Of a DNA stretch of 64,000 nt, positions 23,540 through 35,172 are shown piece after piece (the stretch's first letter is position 1; each line of letters starts with the position of its first letter). Both the position numbers and the translations under genes were made by a program. The DNA comes from Phaeosaccion multiseriatum (taxonomy: Eukaryota > Protista > Ochrophyta, other classes). Under the pieces are notes generated by a model. The model saw nothing but the letters and a program-made list of their open reading frames with translations, ran no database searches and had not been told where the DNA came from. Location: the NCBI GenBank assembly GCA_965112735.1, contig OZ218963.1, positions 3,100,001 to 3,164,000 of the forward strand, written 5' to 3'.

Positions 23540-26500
23540 ATGAGTGCTGCTGGCAGTGTATCGCGGGGGGGCTTGTGGCTGTGCTTCCTTGCGGCCGTGC
23601 TCTCCGAGGAAGGGACCTTGGGCAGAGTACATGGCTTCTCGCTGACGCACAGCTCCGGGTGGAGCGTTGCGAGTCGGGTAGGGAAGGGCTCGGGAATCGG
23701 CGGCCCAACGCGGAAGGCCAAGACTCTTGCCTTTGGAGCCTTTAGTAGCCCGTCGAGCTTCGGGCGGACGGGGCCAGCGTCCGCCGCGAGGTGAGTAAGA
23801 CACTTTCCTTGCTGGCGAAGGAAGCAAGACGGCCATCTCTTAAGCCGAGCAGTCTGATTTGATTCTTGCCTCTTGCCTGCCTAAGTCGGATCTATCTTGT
23901 CCCCCCCTCCTCCTCTGTTTCAAGTCATGAATGCGAGAGGCCCACGTTGCAGACAACGCCGAGCTGTTGGAGCAATAGCAGGGGCAGCAGCACCAGAAGG
24001 AGGGGCATCAGTAGCAGCAGCAGTCTCTCAAGTAGTCGTAGCAGTAGGAGCAACAGTGTCTTTCACGTGGAAGGGGGTCGGCCTCTCTCCGCCTCGGTGG
24101 CAGGGCGCAGAGCTTTGGGGGAACGCAGAGGGCGGACCGCAGCTCCAATCAGTGCACCTCAGCTGCTACCACCGTTGGAGAATTTCGACCATCTGAAGGT
24201 GAGAACACAGAGAAATGATGGGGTAGAGAAAAGAAGGGAGGCAGAGGGAAGGAAGGAGGGAGGAGCCTTGCGGGCGGGCTGCAGAGAGATGGGGGCATGC
24301 CGGAGGAGGGAGGAGGGAGAGGGGGGAGGTGTTGTCGAGACGGGACTGTGGAGCCAAGTCAGTCCTCACGTCTATGCTCTCTGGTGTTAGGCCCTCTTCC
24401 ACTGTCGGTGGGGTGGCGCACTCTCGTTGCTTGCACGTACCTTCTTGTCCTCTTGTCCTCTTGGGGATCCAACGTTGGTGTCCGCCACGTTTACGTTGTT
24501 CAATCTCCCTCCACAGCGTGTGCTTGGTCGGCGCATGGTGTCCGCGGGAGCTGGCGGTGTCCAAGTAAGTAAGAGTTGCGTCAACAAGTGATTGGGGAGG
24601 ATGTATTTTGACGGCGGCCACTCTGTGACAAGGAGGAGATTGGGTTGGTCTGTCTCTTCACACAGCTGCAGAGAATGCGAAAGCAACACACTGCTCTCCC
24701 TCCCGGGCCCCGCCCTCTCTCCTCTCTCCTCTCTCCCTTCTCCCCCCCCCTCCCCGGAACCAGCGTGAGGTTGTATTGCTCCTCTGTTGCTCTGACCCCA
24801 TCCACTCTCCCCAACGAACGAAATTAAAAAATGTGCAGACCTTGGCTGGCGCAGGGGCAGGTGCCACCGCCATTGTCTCGGAGGCCCCGGCGAAGAAGAA
24901 GGTCATGGTGCTCATGAGCGATACAGGAGGAGGGCACCGGTGCGTTGCTTTACTTGCCATGTGGTGACTACTTAGCAGCAGAGACAGAGACGGGGGGAGG
25001 GGGGAGGAGGGACCAAGCCTCAAAGAAGCATATCTTACACTTTTTTTTGTGTGTGTTTGTGTCTCTGGCGCGGGCCCGTTGTGTCCCCCTCCGAAGAGCC
25101 ATGTACTGTGTGTCCCTCTTCTCTAGTTTTGTTGTGGTCTCGCTGACTCTTTCTTGTCCCTGTTTATCTTCCCCTCTCGTTCGTTTTGCATGATGATGAT
25201 GATGATGATGATGATTCTCCCTTCCTGCACCTTCCTGTAGGGCTTCTGCCGTGGCCATTGGCGAGGCCTTCGAGGCTGACTTCCCCGGGGCGGTGGACGT
25301 GGACATTGTGGATATCTGGACGGACCACTCGGTCTGGCCATTCAACAGGTGACTTGACCAACTGGGCAATAGGGTTAAAGAGGTAGCTCAACTTATGCAG
25401 TGTGCTTGGTAGTGTGCTGGTAGTGTGATTGGTACTCACAGCTGGTACGTAGTACATGAGATGCTCTTATCGTTATGCCTCTCTTCGCTGGAAAGCCCCG
25501 CCTTCTGACTACCTCCCTCTTACGAGTACTGTGTGCTGTCTTTTGCTGCGTGCGTGCGTGCGGGTATGTGTCTGCATGCACGTAGGGCTGTGCCAACGTA
25601 CAAGTACCTGGCCAAACACCCTACTCTGTGGAAGATGTCGTACTACTACGGACGCCTCAAGGCCGCTCGCTTCGTCACCAACCTTTGGACGAGACTGACG
25701 TGTTACGGCAAGATGAAGACAGTCATTGAGGAATGGTAAGTCGCCGCAGCAGTTCATAGACATGGAGGTGTTGAAGTCTCGGGGCTTCGTCGATTTCTCA
25801 AGGCGGAGAGGGAGGGGAGGAGAGAGAGGTACATGCGCCGTGACTTTCGGGATGTAAATCCGTCATAGCTTCACCCCGATCGTCAGGAAGTGGGGGCTGC
25901 GTTAAGAAGCCGACTGTCGGAAGGAAGAAGAACGTCTTGAATAGTCTGCCCTTCACGCAGCGCAGGGGAGACGGTCCACGCATCCCATCCGCCCACTAGC
26001 GGGGATTGCCATCCCCATTTCCGTCTCCACGACATATACCTGCCACCAACCCTCCCACCCTCTCTCCCTGCCTCTCTTCCCTCCGCGCTCTCTGCGGCTG
26101 CTTTCTTCCGTTACTCCTCTCCACCCCTCACCACAGCGCTCCTGACCTGATCATTAGTGTGCATCCGCTCTGTCATCATGTACCAATGAAGGTACAGACG
26201 ATGGCAGCAGAAGGAGGGGCTCTCCGGGGAGACGGGGGGAGGGAATCGAGGAAGGGGCGGACATAGGGTCGGGTACTTGGCAGCACAGCAGTGACGCAAC
26301 ATAAGAGGGGCGTTGATGGGCTACCTAACCCCTTCCTTCGCTGCTCGATTCCGCTACAATTTGTGATTGATTTCCCTACAGGCGGTTCAAAACATCCGCG
26401 AGGAACGAGGTGACGTGGACAGCATCCCCTTCGTCACCGTTGTGACTGACCTGGGCAGTGCCCACCCCACCTGGTTCGACAAGAGGGTGGATGCCCTGTT

Positions 26501-28288
26501 CGTGCCCTCTCCGGTGCTGCAGAAGGAGGCGCTGAAGAGGGGCATCGCGGAGGAGAAGGTGCATATGGAGGGGCTGCCGCTACGCTCCGTCTTCTGGGAG
26601 AAGGTAAAGCAATCTGATGTAACGCAAGTCTTGATGCTTGTGGTAAAGCAATGTGATGTTGCTTGAAGGAAGGGAGGTCTTTTGAACACTGTGAGGAGTG
26701 GTGTAGAGACAAATTGTAGAAGCAACGGGCCACCAGCCGTAACCACCACAACCACCACCATGTGGGAAGAAAGAGGTTCTAAACATTTGCTATCAAATGG
26801 AAGTGCATCATCGCTCAGACGGCTTCTCCTGCCAATGTCGGTTGTCTCACGTCTTGTCGTGCTGCTGTCGTTCGGTCTTTTGTTTCGTCTACCATAGGAC
26901 TCAAAGGATAAGGAGGAGCTACGGGCGACTCTCGGCTTGATGCCGGGCCTGCCCACCGCCCTTGTGGTAAGCCGACGCGATCGGACCTTTCTTCACGTCT
27001 TCCTCGCTCCCACCTTTCGCCTCCCCCACAGCAGGGCCCATTCATTTCCCTCGTGTTTTTTTTTTTACCTGAGAGGAGTGGGGAGTGGCTCGTTGGCCAG
27101 TACCCAAGCTTGTGCCCAAGTTTGACCCCAACCACTTTACTCACACATGTTGAATCTGACCTTTGACCTTGCTGCGGCACACTCTGGCCTTGCGGCTGCA
27201 CAGGTTGGCGGGGGTGACGGCATCGGCCGCATCACAGACATTGCGACTCAGCTTGCAGTGACCATGGAGAAGGATCTGGAGTCGAGGTGAGGGAAAAGAC
27301 ACAAACACGTCACGCACGCACCCGCATACGCACCCACACCCACATACACACCCTACGATACGGGCACCCATCCCTCCACCCACGCTTGCGACAAGAATGT
27401 TCGCAAATAGCGGAGCTGGGGAAGTGAGCCCTAATTAAGCGTGTCCGTGTCCGTGGACAGTATAGGGCATTCTATATATTGCTGGAAACAACCTGTGACA
27501 GTAGGGTGGAGTATCAATCCCCGCTGCGTTTTCCAATTTTTCATTCCTCCCCTTCCTCCGCCGCCCCCCCCCCCTTTATGGCCCACACAGTCAGTTGATC
27601 GTTATCTGCGGAAATAACGACAAAGTCAAGGACGAGTTGGAGGCCCGCACGTGGCCCTCCAACGTCAACGTGGTACGTGCGCATGTTCTGGTTCGGAGTG
27701 TAGGAAGGGAGCTAGGTCTTCCACCCTTCTCGCTTGCAAGTCTGGTGGAGGGGGGGAGGGGGGCGGTTGGAGGAAGGGGCAAGCCCCACACTCTTTTCCT
27801 CCTCTCCTCTTACGCCACCTGCCCGTTCAATTAACACAGGTGGTGAGAGGCTTCTCCACCAACATGGATGAGTGGATGGGAGCTTCTGACCTGCTAGTCA
27901 CCAAGGTGCGAACTTTCCTCGTGGGGAAGGGAAGAAAGGACGACCTAGCACACTATGAGAGGAAGCGAAGCGTAAACACAGGGCCCTTCCCCGCGCGGCG
28001 TGCATTATCTCCATTCGAAATCCCAATCTGCGAATATGTCACCCCCTACGGATCAAAGACGGTCAAACACGGCGTGAGCTTTGCACCATAGAAGACGAAG
28101 AGAACTAACGGTCCATATGAATTGGCCTTTCATGCATCCCCGTGTCCGTTTGCCCCCACCTAACCCCAACAGGCCGGCCCAGGGACCATCGCAGAGGCAA
28201 GCATCAAGGGACTGCCGATCATCCTCAGCTCTTTCCTGCCCGGGCAAGAAAAGGGCAATGTGCCCTACGTGGTCGAGGTGAGCAGTTG

Positions 28289-28330
<42 letters not shown>

Positions 28331-28973
28331 ATTCTGTTTCATCAAAATATACATGCATTCGCGTGCTTTGTAGCAGTGTTTTAAATGCTCTCGGTGGCGA
28401 CTTTGTTGTCTGTCTTGTGGGTGTCGGAGAGAGATTTGAGGCACTCACGACTTCGTTGTCTGTCTTGTGCGTGTTGTCGTGCCCCCATAGGGAGGCTTTG
28501 GTGTTTTCAAGCGCAGACCGCGGGCGATTGCGAAGACGGCAAGTGAGTGGCTACGGGACCCCAAACTGCTGCAGCGCATGAAGGAAGCTGCGCTCAGTCA
28601 CGGCAGGCCCACCGCCACTGAGGTGCGTAGTACGTCTCTTCTCTCTTGTGATTGCGATCGTTGTGTTGTGCTGCAAGCTTGAGCAAACGAAGGACTGCTT
28701 ACTACCTACTCTCTCCCTCCTCCTCGGCCCAGCATTGTTCATTCGCTCTTCTTTTTGGGGTTGAGGTGTAGATTGGTACACTGCAGCAACCTGCCCTGTC
28801 AGTCGGACAGTATTATTCGCTGGTGGCATTGGTCCCCCCCACCAATCCTGTTGCTGTTGAGTCTCACGACCGGCTTCCTCCTCTCCCTGTTTGTCCGCAT
28901 CGCCGCCCTCTGCTCCGTTTTTGCCTTGCAGGACATTGTAAGGCACATTGGGAGTGAAATACTCTTTGTATAG
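23540..28973 (+). CDS. MGD: Monogalactosyldiacylglycerol synthase (GT28), probably plastid-targeted (about 13 exons)
   Basis: [81 protein letters not shown]. Signal-like N-terminus ...GRVHG-F. Ends GSEILFV*. Confidence 0.95.
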
Positions 28974-29102
28974 GAAGGCACCGGTTACATCGTGTACCAA
29001 AGGCTCTCTGAGGAGTCCACCCTACAATAGAATAGAGTTAATCCACTAAGAATTGAGAGGAAGATTTCCCACACACAATCGACCCCTGACGTGCTATCGA
29101 CT

Positions 29103-29289
29103 ACATTCTCGATAGCATACTATCGGGCCCTGAGGTCCGCTATCGCCCCGGCGCGCTATCCGCTGTCGCCAGCGTCAGCCGGCTTTGGGGGGGGGGGTGG
29201 GGTTGTGGGGGCGTGCTATCCGCTATCGCCCGCGCCAGCCGGCGCGCTATCTGCTATCGGGGGGCCCGATAGCGTGCTATCGAGAATGT
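29103..29289. mobile_element. Small MITE-like element (GCTATC family), ~187 bp
   Basis: 28-bp terminal inverted repeats ACATTCTCGATAGCATACTATCGGGCCC / GGGCCCGATAGCGTGCTATCGAGAATGT (2 mismatches). A partial second copy lies at ~14795-14929. Confidence 0.7.
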
Positions 29290-29332
29290 GAAAGAAAGGC
29301 CGCCGGCCCAAAAAGGGAGAAAAAAAACAAAC

Positions 29333-30251
29333 TACTGTGATTTCGCGGTTGAGTGGCACTTTTGACGCCCCATTAATTTTTTTTGACGCCAAATGATGAC
29401 AAATGACGATTTTTTTGACGACGTTTGACGACGTTTGACGACGCTTTAGCCCCCTATTTGACGCCCTTTGACGCCTTTTGACGCTCTTTGACGCTCTTTG
29501 ACGCCCTTAGACGCCCTTTTCCGTGATTTTTTTTTACGTGATTGTTACGACGCTTTAGCCCCCTATTTGACGCCCTTTGACGCCTTTTGACGCTCTTTGA
29601 CGCTCTTTGACGCCCTTAGACGCCCTTTTCCGTGATTTTTTTTACGTGATTTTTTTTAGACGAAATTAAGGCGAATCAAGATAAAAGGGCGTCAAAGTGC
29701 GTCAAAGGGCGTCAAAGGGCGTCAAATAGGGGGCTAAAGCGTCGTCAAACGTCGTCAAACGTCGTCAAACGTCGTCAAAGTAATCGTCATTTGGCGTCGT
29801 CGTCAAACGTCGTCGAAGTAATCGTCATTTGGCGTCAAAAAAAATTCACGGGGCGTCAAAAGTGCCACTCAACCGCGAAATCACAGTAATGACGACTTTT
29901 AAACCCCTTTTTTACCCACTTTAAAGCCCTATTGACGCACTTTAACGCCCTTTGACGGTCTTTGACTCTTTGACGCCCTTTGACGCCCTTTGACGCCTCT
30001 TTCCGTGATTTTTTTTAACGTGATTTTTTTTAGACGAAATTAAGGCGAATTAAGATAAAAGGGCGTCAAAGGGCGTCAAAGTGCGTCAAACAGGGCTTTA
30101 AAGTGGGTAAAAAAATTTTACCCACTTTTTTACTAAAAAAGAAAAAAGGGGTTCAAAAGTCGCCAAACATCGTCAAAGTAAAATAAATTAATAAATCGTC
30201 ATTTGGTGTCAGTGAGAGTCAAAAGTGCCACTCAACCGCGAAATCACAGTA
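29333..30251. mobile_element. Foldback MITE cluster (TA-flanked, Tc1/mariner-like): complete copy 29335-29886 plus a related partial copy ending at 30249
   Basis: TA|CTGTGATTTCGCGGTTGAGTGGCACTTTTGAC...GTCAAAAGTGCCACTCAACCGCGAAATCACAG|TA. Internal TTTGACGCCC / TTTGACGACG 10-mer arrays. A second right end lies at 30218-30251. Confidence 0.88.
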
Positions 30252-30283
30252 GAAAAAGTGATTGAAGACGAGATGAGCGAAGA

Positions 30284-32359
30284 ATGAGGAGAAGACGCCC
30301 TGATGCAGTTTCAGGCTCGGAGCGTGTGGACAAAGGTGGTGATGGAAGCAGCGGTAGTCGACCTGGGGAGGGAAAATCTGCCCTGGGCATGGGGAAAGGG
30401 GTTGCCTACGATTTATGGAATGCCGATCAAGAGCAACGTGACAGCGGTGGTGCTGCACAGTTCTTTATGGGCATTGACTTGGGCACGACAAACTCGTGCG
30501 TGGCGCTGTGGCACCTCGACAAGAACAGGGTGAAGATTGTGCGCGTGGGACTCCGAGATGATGAGATGGAAAGGCTTGCTGAGGAGGAGAGCAAGACGAA
30601 GAAGAACAAGGGCGGCAAGGCGGCTCAGCAGGTGGTAGGGTCAGACGGCAAGGAGGTTCGTACCATGCCGTCTGCGGTTTTCTTTGAGGAGGGACAGACA
30701 AGACCGTGGGTCGGCCATGCCGCGGTGAGGAGAGCAAAGGAGGTGGGGAAGGCGGTCGTCATTTCGTCCAAGCGGCTCATCGGTCTCCAGGCTTCAGACC
30801 CCGTGCTTGACGAGATGATTGGGGACCTCCCCGTGCGAGTGGGCGGCCACACAGGCACTGGAGAAGCGGTAATCGAGCTGCCCAAGGGTTCAGGGCGGGA
30901 CTTCGTCACCCCTGTAGAGGTGGCAACGCTGGTAATCGCAGAGCTCAAGCAGCGGGCTGAGGCTTGGTTGGATGAAGGCAAGGTGAGTGGATTGCATTCC
31001 CCAGTAGAAGGCTGTGTCATTGGTGTGCCAGTGCATTTTGGAGAGGCGAGAAGACGAGCTACTCGAGCCGCAGGGGTGGCGGCAGGCTTCAAGCGTGTTG
31101 TGGTCCTGGGAGAGAGCTCCGCAGCCGCCATGGCTTACGGCTTGTTCGTCGCGGGCTCCAAAGTCGTAGTCACCTTTGACTTTGGTGGAGGCACCCTCGA
31201 TGTCAGCGTGCTGAGGCTGAACGACGGCACAGTTGAGGTACTCAGTACGGCGGGGGACAATCACCTCGGGGGAGACGACATGGACTCACTCCTCTTGCAG
31301 CACTGTCTGCGCGAGTGGGGCGCAGATGGCGACGCCGACGACGAAGAGGGCATGTTGTTGGAAGAGGGTGAACTGCAGGAGCTACGCGGCGCCTGTGCTC
31401 GGCTGAAGGAGACTCTTTCCGTCCAAGAAAGTGCCAGCCTGCAGTTTCTCGTCGGCGGCAGGAAGAGGCAGCTGCACCTTACGAGAGGGGCATTTGAAGA
31501 TCTCATTAGCGGCCTCGTCGCCCGGGCCAAGGCTGTTGTACAGGAGGCGCTTCGGAATTGTAGTCGTAGTGGGAGTAGAAGTAGTAGTGGTAGCAGTCGT
31601 GGTGGTAAAAGTAGCGGTACCAAAGGCCTCCTGCCCAGTCAAGTGCAAGAGGTGGTGCTGGTAGGAGGTTGTAGTCGCATACCGTCTGTTCGCGCCATGC
31701 TCATGGCCGAGTTTGGGCGAAGGGTGGGCGATGATGAAAAGGAGCGAAAGGGAGGCATCCAAGAGCTTTGCTGTGCAGTCAACCCCGACGAAGCCGTGGC
31801 AGAGGGCGCCGCCATTCGGGGGGCCATTTTGTCTGGCGTGGCTCGCGGAGTGTTGGCGGACATGCTCATGCTCGATGTGTTGCCCATGGACATTGGCATT
31901 CTCTCTGCGGATGGGTCTATTCACAAGATCCTGAGGCGAAACAGCCCCCTACCTGTCAGTGGGACGGTGGAGTTCCTGTTGGCTGACAGGGAGCAGAAGG
32001 GGGTGAGCGTAGACGTACTGGAAGACGGGCTGCCCATGCAGGTCTTCAGCTTTCTCCTGAGCCGTGTTCGTCTCGAAGACGTCCCGTTGGAGGAGCAGCA
32101 GCAGCAGCGCAAGGTTAGCGTGACTCTGACCATGACGGAGGAGGGCGTATTCAGGGTAAAAGTGGTGGACAACTGGGAGGCCTACGCGAAGCGATACGAG
32201 CACAGACAGGCGGTCATCCTGGTGTGCTACCTCGCTCTCCTCTGCGTGATTTACGTTGCTTGTCGAGTCGGCTTTGCTACCATGAAGCCCGAGTACGACG
32301 ACCTCTTGAGAAAGGTTGAGGAGAGCTATAGCATCAGCGACGAGAGCGAGTTCGACTAA
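30284..32359 (+). CDS. Atypical intronless Hsp70-family protein with truncated substrate-binding domain and C-terminal transmembrane helix
   Basis: GIDLGTTNS, SKRLIG, DFGGGTLDVS, GDNHLGGDDMD, VLVGGCSRIP, NPDEAVAEGAA, linker MLMLDVLP. Terminal hydrophobic AVILVCYLALLCVIYVAC. Single 691-aa ORF. Confidence 0.9.
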   Translation: MRRRRPDAVSGSERVDKGGDGSSGSRPGEGKSALGMGKGVAYDLWNADQEQRDSGGAAQFFMGIDLGTTNSCVALWHLDKNRVKIVRVGLRDDEMERLAEEESKTKKNKGGKAAQQVVGSDGKEVRTMPSAVFFEEGQTRPWVGHAAVRRAKEVGKAVVISSKRLIGLQASDPVLDEMIGDLPVRVGGHTGTGEAVIELPKGSGRDFVTPVEVATLVIAELKQRAEAWLDEGKVSGLHSPVEGCVIGVPVHFGEARRRATRAAGVAAGFKRVVVLGESSAAAMAYGLFVAGSKVVVTFDFGGGTLDVSVLRLNDGTVEVLSTAGDNHLGGDDMDSLLLQHCLREWGADGDADDEEGMLLEEGELQELRGACARLKETLSVQESASLQFLVGGRKRQLHLTRGAFEDLISGLVARAKAVVQEALRNCSRSGSRSSSGSSRGGKSSGTKGLLPSQVQEVVLVGGCSRIPSVRAMLMAEFGRRVGDDEKERKGGIQELCCAVNPDEAVAEGAAIRGAILSGVARGVLADMLMLDVLPMDIGILSADGSIHKILRRNSPLPVSGTVEFLLADREQKGVSVDVLEDGLPMQVFSFLLSRVRLEDVPLEEQQQQRKVSVTLTMTEEGVFRVKVVDNWEAYAKRYEHRQAVILVCYLALLCVIYVACRVGFATMKPEYDDLLRKVEESYSISDESEFD

Positions 32360-32755
32360 CCCCTTATAACTCTTGTAGATTTCACAGACGGGAGGGGTTG
32401 GATTTGAGCGAGCCCAACTTGGGCAACCCCGACACCCAATGAGGGGAAACGGGTCCTCTTCGTCTCGTCGCCTTACCGTGTTATCGGACTGACTTCGAGG
32501 GTGGATACCCGAGGGGTGGCAGGAGACGTATCCCCCCCCCCCAACCTGGAGGCGTGAGAGTGCACCTTTGGACGCGTGAGAATGGATAATGGCTCACAAT
32601 AACGGGGCTTGTCTTTCTTCCCTTCTTCTATAGAGATAATGGTATATTCGTCTTCGTTGTGTGTACATCTTTGTACCGCTCTCGCACGCAAAAACGACTC
32701 ATCTTGTCGGATGCTACGGTCCCAGATTTGTGGTCCAGGGTTACCGCCAGCTTCG

Positions 32756-34562
32756 TCATTCGACGGACCATTGGAAAACACGTCTTGTCCCTATTGTAGA
32801 TATAGCTAGAAGACTTGGCACGCGGCTTCGTACCCGCCAACGTAGTAGCGCACATTCTCTTGACGATGAGTCACGAAGACGAGGGGACTTCCCATCAAGA
32901 GCACGGAGCAAGAGAGGGAGAAAGAGGGGAAGGAAGAGAGGAGAGGAGGAGTAATGTGAGCCACACACACCAACATCGAACCCTCCCCGTCTCAATTCAC
33001 ACGTCTCGACAGCGTCCAAAAGCAACATTCCACAGACCTGCTTGTGTGGCGGGTGGTGTGGAAGCCTGCTGTCGCCATGGTCTCCACCAGCGCCCTCTTG
33101 AACTTCTTCTTGCTGGACACGGCACAAGAAGGAAGGAACGAGTGCGGGGGGTTGGTATGACAGACAGATAGATAGCCAGAGAGAGAGAGAGAGAACGGCC
33201 CGCGCCAAAGCGCACGCTGCGACGAAGAGAAGCAACCCAAGGACTCGACTCACAAACACACGCACGCACCCATCGTAGACTACCATAGTGAAGTCGTATC
33301 CTCGGCGAGAGAGCCTACATGCTGTAAGCCAGAAGAAGAGGCACTGCTTAAAGCCGTGCAGGACAATGTCCACTTCGCGGGTGGCCACGGCGTCCCCACC
33401 CAGCACCACCACTCCCTTGCGCTTCCTCTTCTCCGGCGTGTGCTGCTGCAGCCACTCCACCACCTGAGAACGAGGGGCAAGAATACACAATACGGAGTGC
33501 TCAACACTCTCCTTCTTTTCCTTTGCAAACATACTTGTAGTTGGTCCTCGCTCCCTCGTTTTTTTCCCTCTTATCTCCCCTCACCTTTCCCCACTCCAAG
33601 ACGCCCTCGCGGTTGTAGAGCTCGGGGCTGACGAGCATGTGCCTTTGTTGTCGTCGTTGGTTCGACAGGAAAGGAAGGAAAGCGGCCGAGAGTCCCACAT
33701 TCACAGCAAGCAGTAGACACAGTATATAAAAAATGAGAACCACGGGCGAACAGAGAAGAGTGAACGGGCCTTGCAAAAGCAAACAAGAGAGTCTCATGAC
33801 ACCACTCACCGCTTCTGCACGCTGCTGAGCACTCGAGAGGTCCGACTCCGCATAAGCTGATGACGAGCGCATGCTAGCATGCCCTTCTTCAATGGGCGGA
33901 CGGGTGCCTGGCACCAGTCGTTCGCCTCCTTGCCCTTGGCGACTGGGTACCCACACACGTAGCCCTCGGATCAGTGACTCACACGGGGACCCTGATCACC
34001 CGTGTGCATCAAGCTGTGAAGCGCCTCGTCTCCATACACCTCTTCTGCGAGAGTGGAGCCCTCCTTGACACCGAGCAGGGAAGGCAGCGAGGAAGACTCC
34101 GAGACAGGACTTCCCAGACCGAAAGACCCCCCACTGCTGCTTCTCCAGTTGCTACCGATACTACTACTACTATTGTTGTGGGCACCCATGGCCGATGATA
34201 GGCGTCGGCGCCTGGCCACACCTTCCAGATTGAGAGCGGAGAGAAGAAAAAAAGGAGGTTTGGCAATGGGTCATATACCCCCACACGTCACGAAGATGCC
34301 ACCTCTACCGCTGTTGCCCCTGTTGCTTCGGCCTGAACTCACCTCTCTTACTGCGCCTCAAACCCTCGTCCCCATCCACTGCCTCCTCCGGTTGCACTTC
34401 ATCTTCGTCTTTCCCCCTTATCCCCGCTCTTGCGAGGGACATCAGTCTTCTCTTCCGTGTGGTGGGCCCAGCATTCCCCTCTCCACCCTGCCCACCCTCC
34501 TCCTCCACCTGCTCTTTACGATCCTCCCCCGCACCCTCCTCCGGCGGGCGATGAAGCGGCAT
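32756..34562 (-). CDS. Hypothetical multi-exon protein, boundaries uncertain
   Basis: Exon-like segments with GT/AG edges: MPLHRPPEEG..LRRSKR|gtgag, ...VYGDEALHSL..., VVEWLQQHTPEK..GYDFTM|gt, SKKKFKRALVETMATAGF. No family recognised and the 3' end is unclear. Confidence 0.4.
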
Positions 34563-34594
34563 TTTTCTTTCTCCTCCTTCCTTTTTTCTTTCCA

Positions 34595-35172
34595 TACTGT
34601 GATTTCGCGGTTGAGTGGCACTTTTTACGCCCAATTACGCCCCATTAATTTTTTTTTACGCCAAATGACGACTTTTTTTACGACGTTTGACGACGTTTGA
34701 CGACGCTTTAGCCCCCTATTTGACGCCCTTTGACGCCCTTTGACGCACTTTGACGCCCATTTATCTTAATTCGCCTTAATTTCGTCTAAAAAAAATCACG
34801 GAAAAAAAAATCACGGAAAAGGGCGTAAAAGGGCGTAAAAGGGCGTCAAAGGGCGTCAAAAAGGCGTCAAAGGGCGTCAAATAGGGGGCTAAAGCGTCGT
34901 CAAACGTCGTCAAACGTCGTAAAAAAAGTCGTCATTTGGCGTAAAAACAAATTAATGGGGCGTAATTGGGCGTAAAAAGTGCCACTCAACCGCGAAATCA
35001 CAGTAATGATTTTTTTTTTTTACTTTGACGACGTTTGACGACTTTTGAACCCCTTTCTTTACCCACTTTTAAAGCCCTGTTTGACGCACTTTGACGCCCT
35101 TTGACGCCCTTTTATCTTAATTCGCCTTAATTTCGTCTAAAAAAAATCACGGAAAAAAAAATCACGGAAAAA
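34595..35172. mobile_element. Second copy of the TA-flanked foldback MITE (34597-35003) followed by a truncated related half-element
   Basis: Same TIR (CTGTGATTTCGCGGTTGAGTGGCACTTTT) with TA on both sides. Inverted arms of ~165 bp surround a ~55-bp spacer that is in the opposite orientation to the 29.3-kb copy. Confidence 0.9.

Noticed and set aside
29335-30250. Short regular repeats resembling a CRISPR or iteron array
   Set aside because: No unique spacers and no cas genes, in a eukaryotic context. The repeats are internal to TIR-bounded foldback elements.
30273-30287. 4-codon uORF whose TGA overlaps the Hsp70 ATG
   Set aside because: The true TSS and start are unknown, and it is too short to distinguish from chance.
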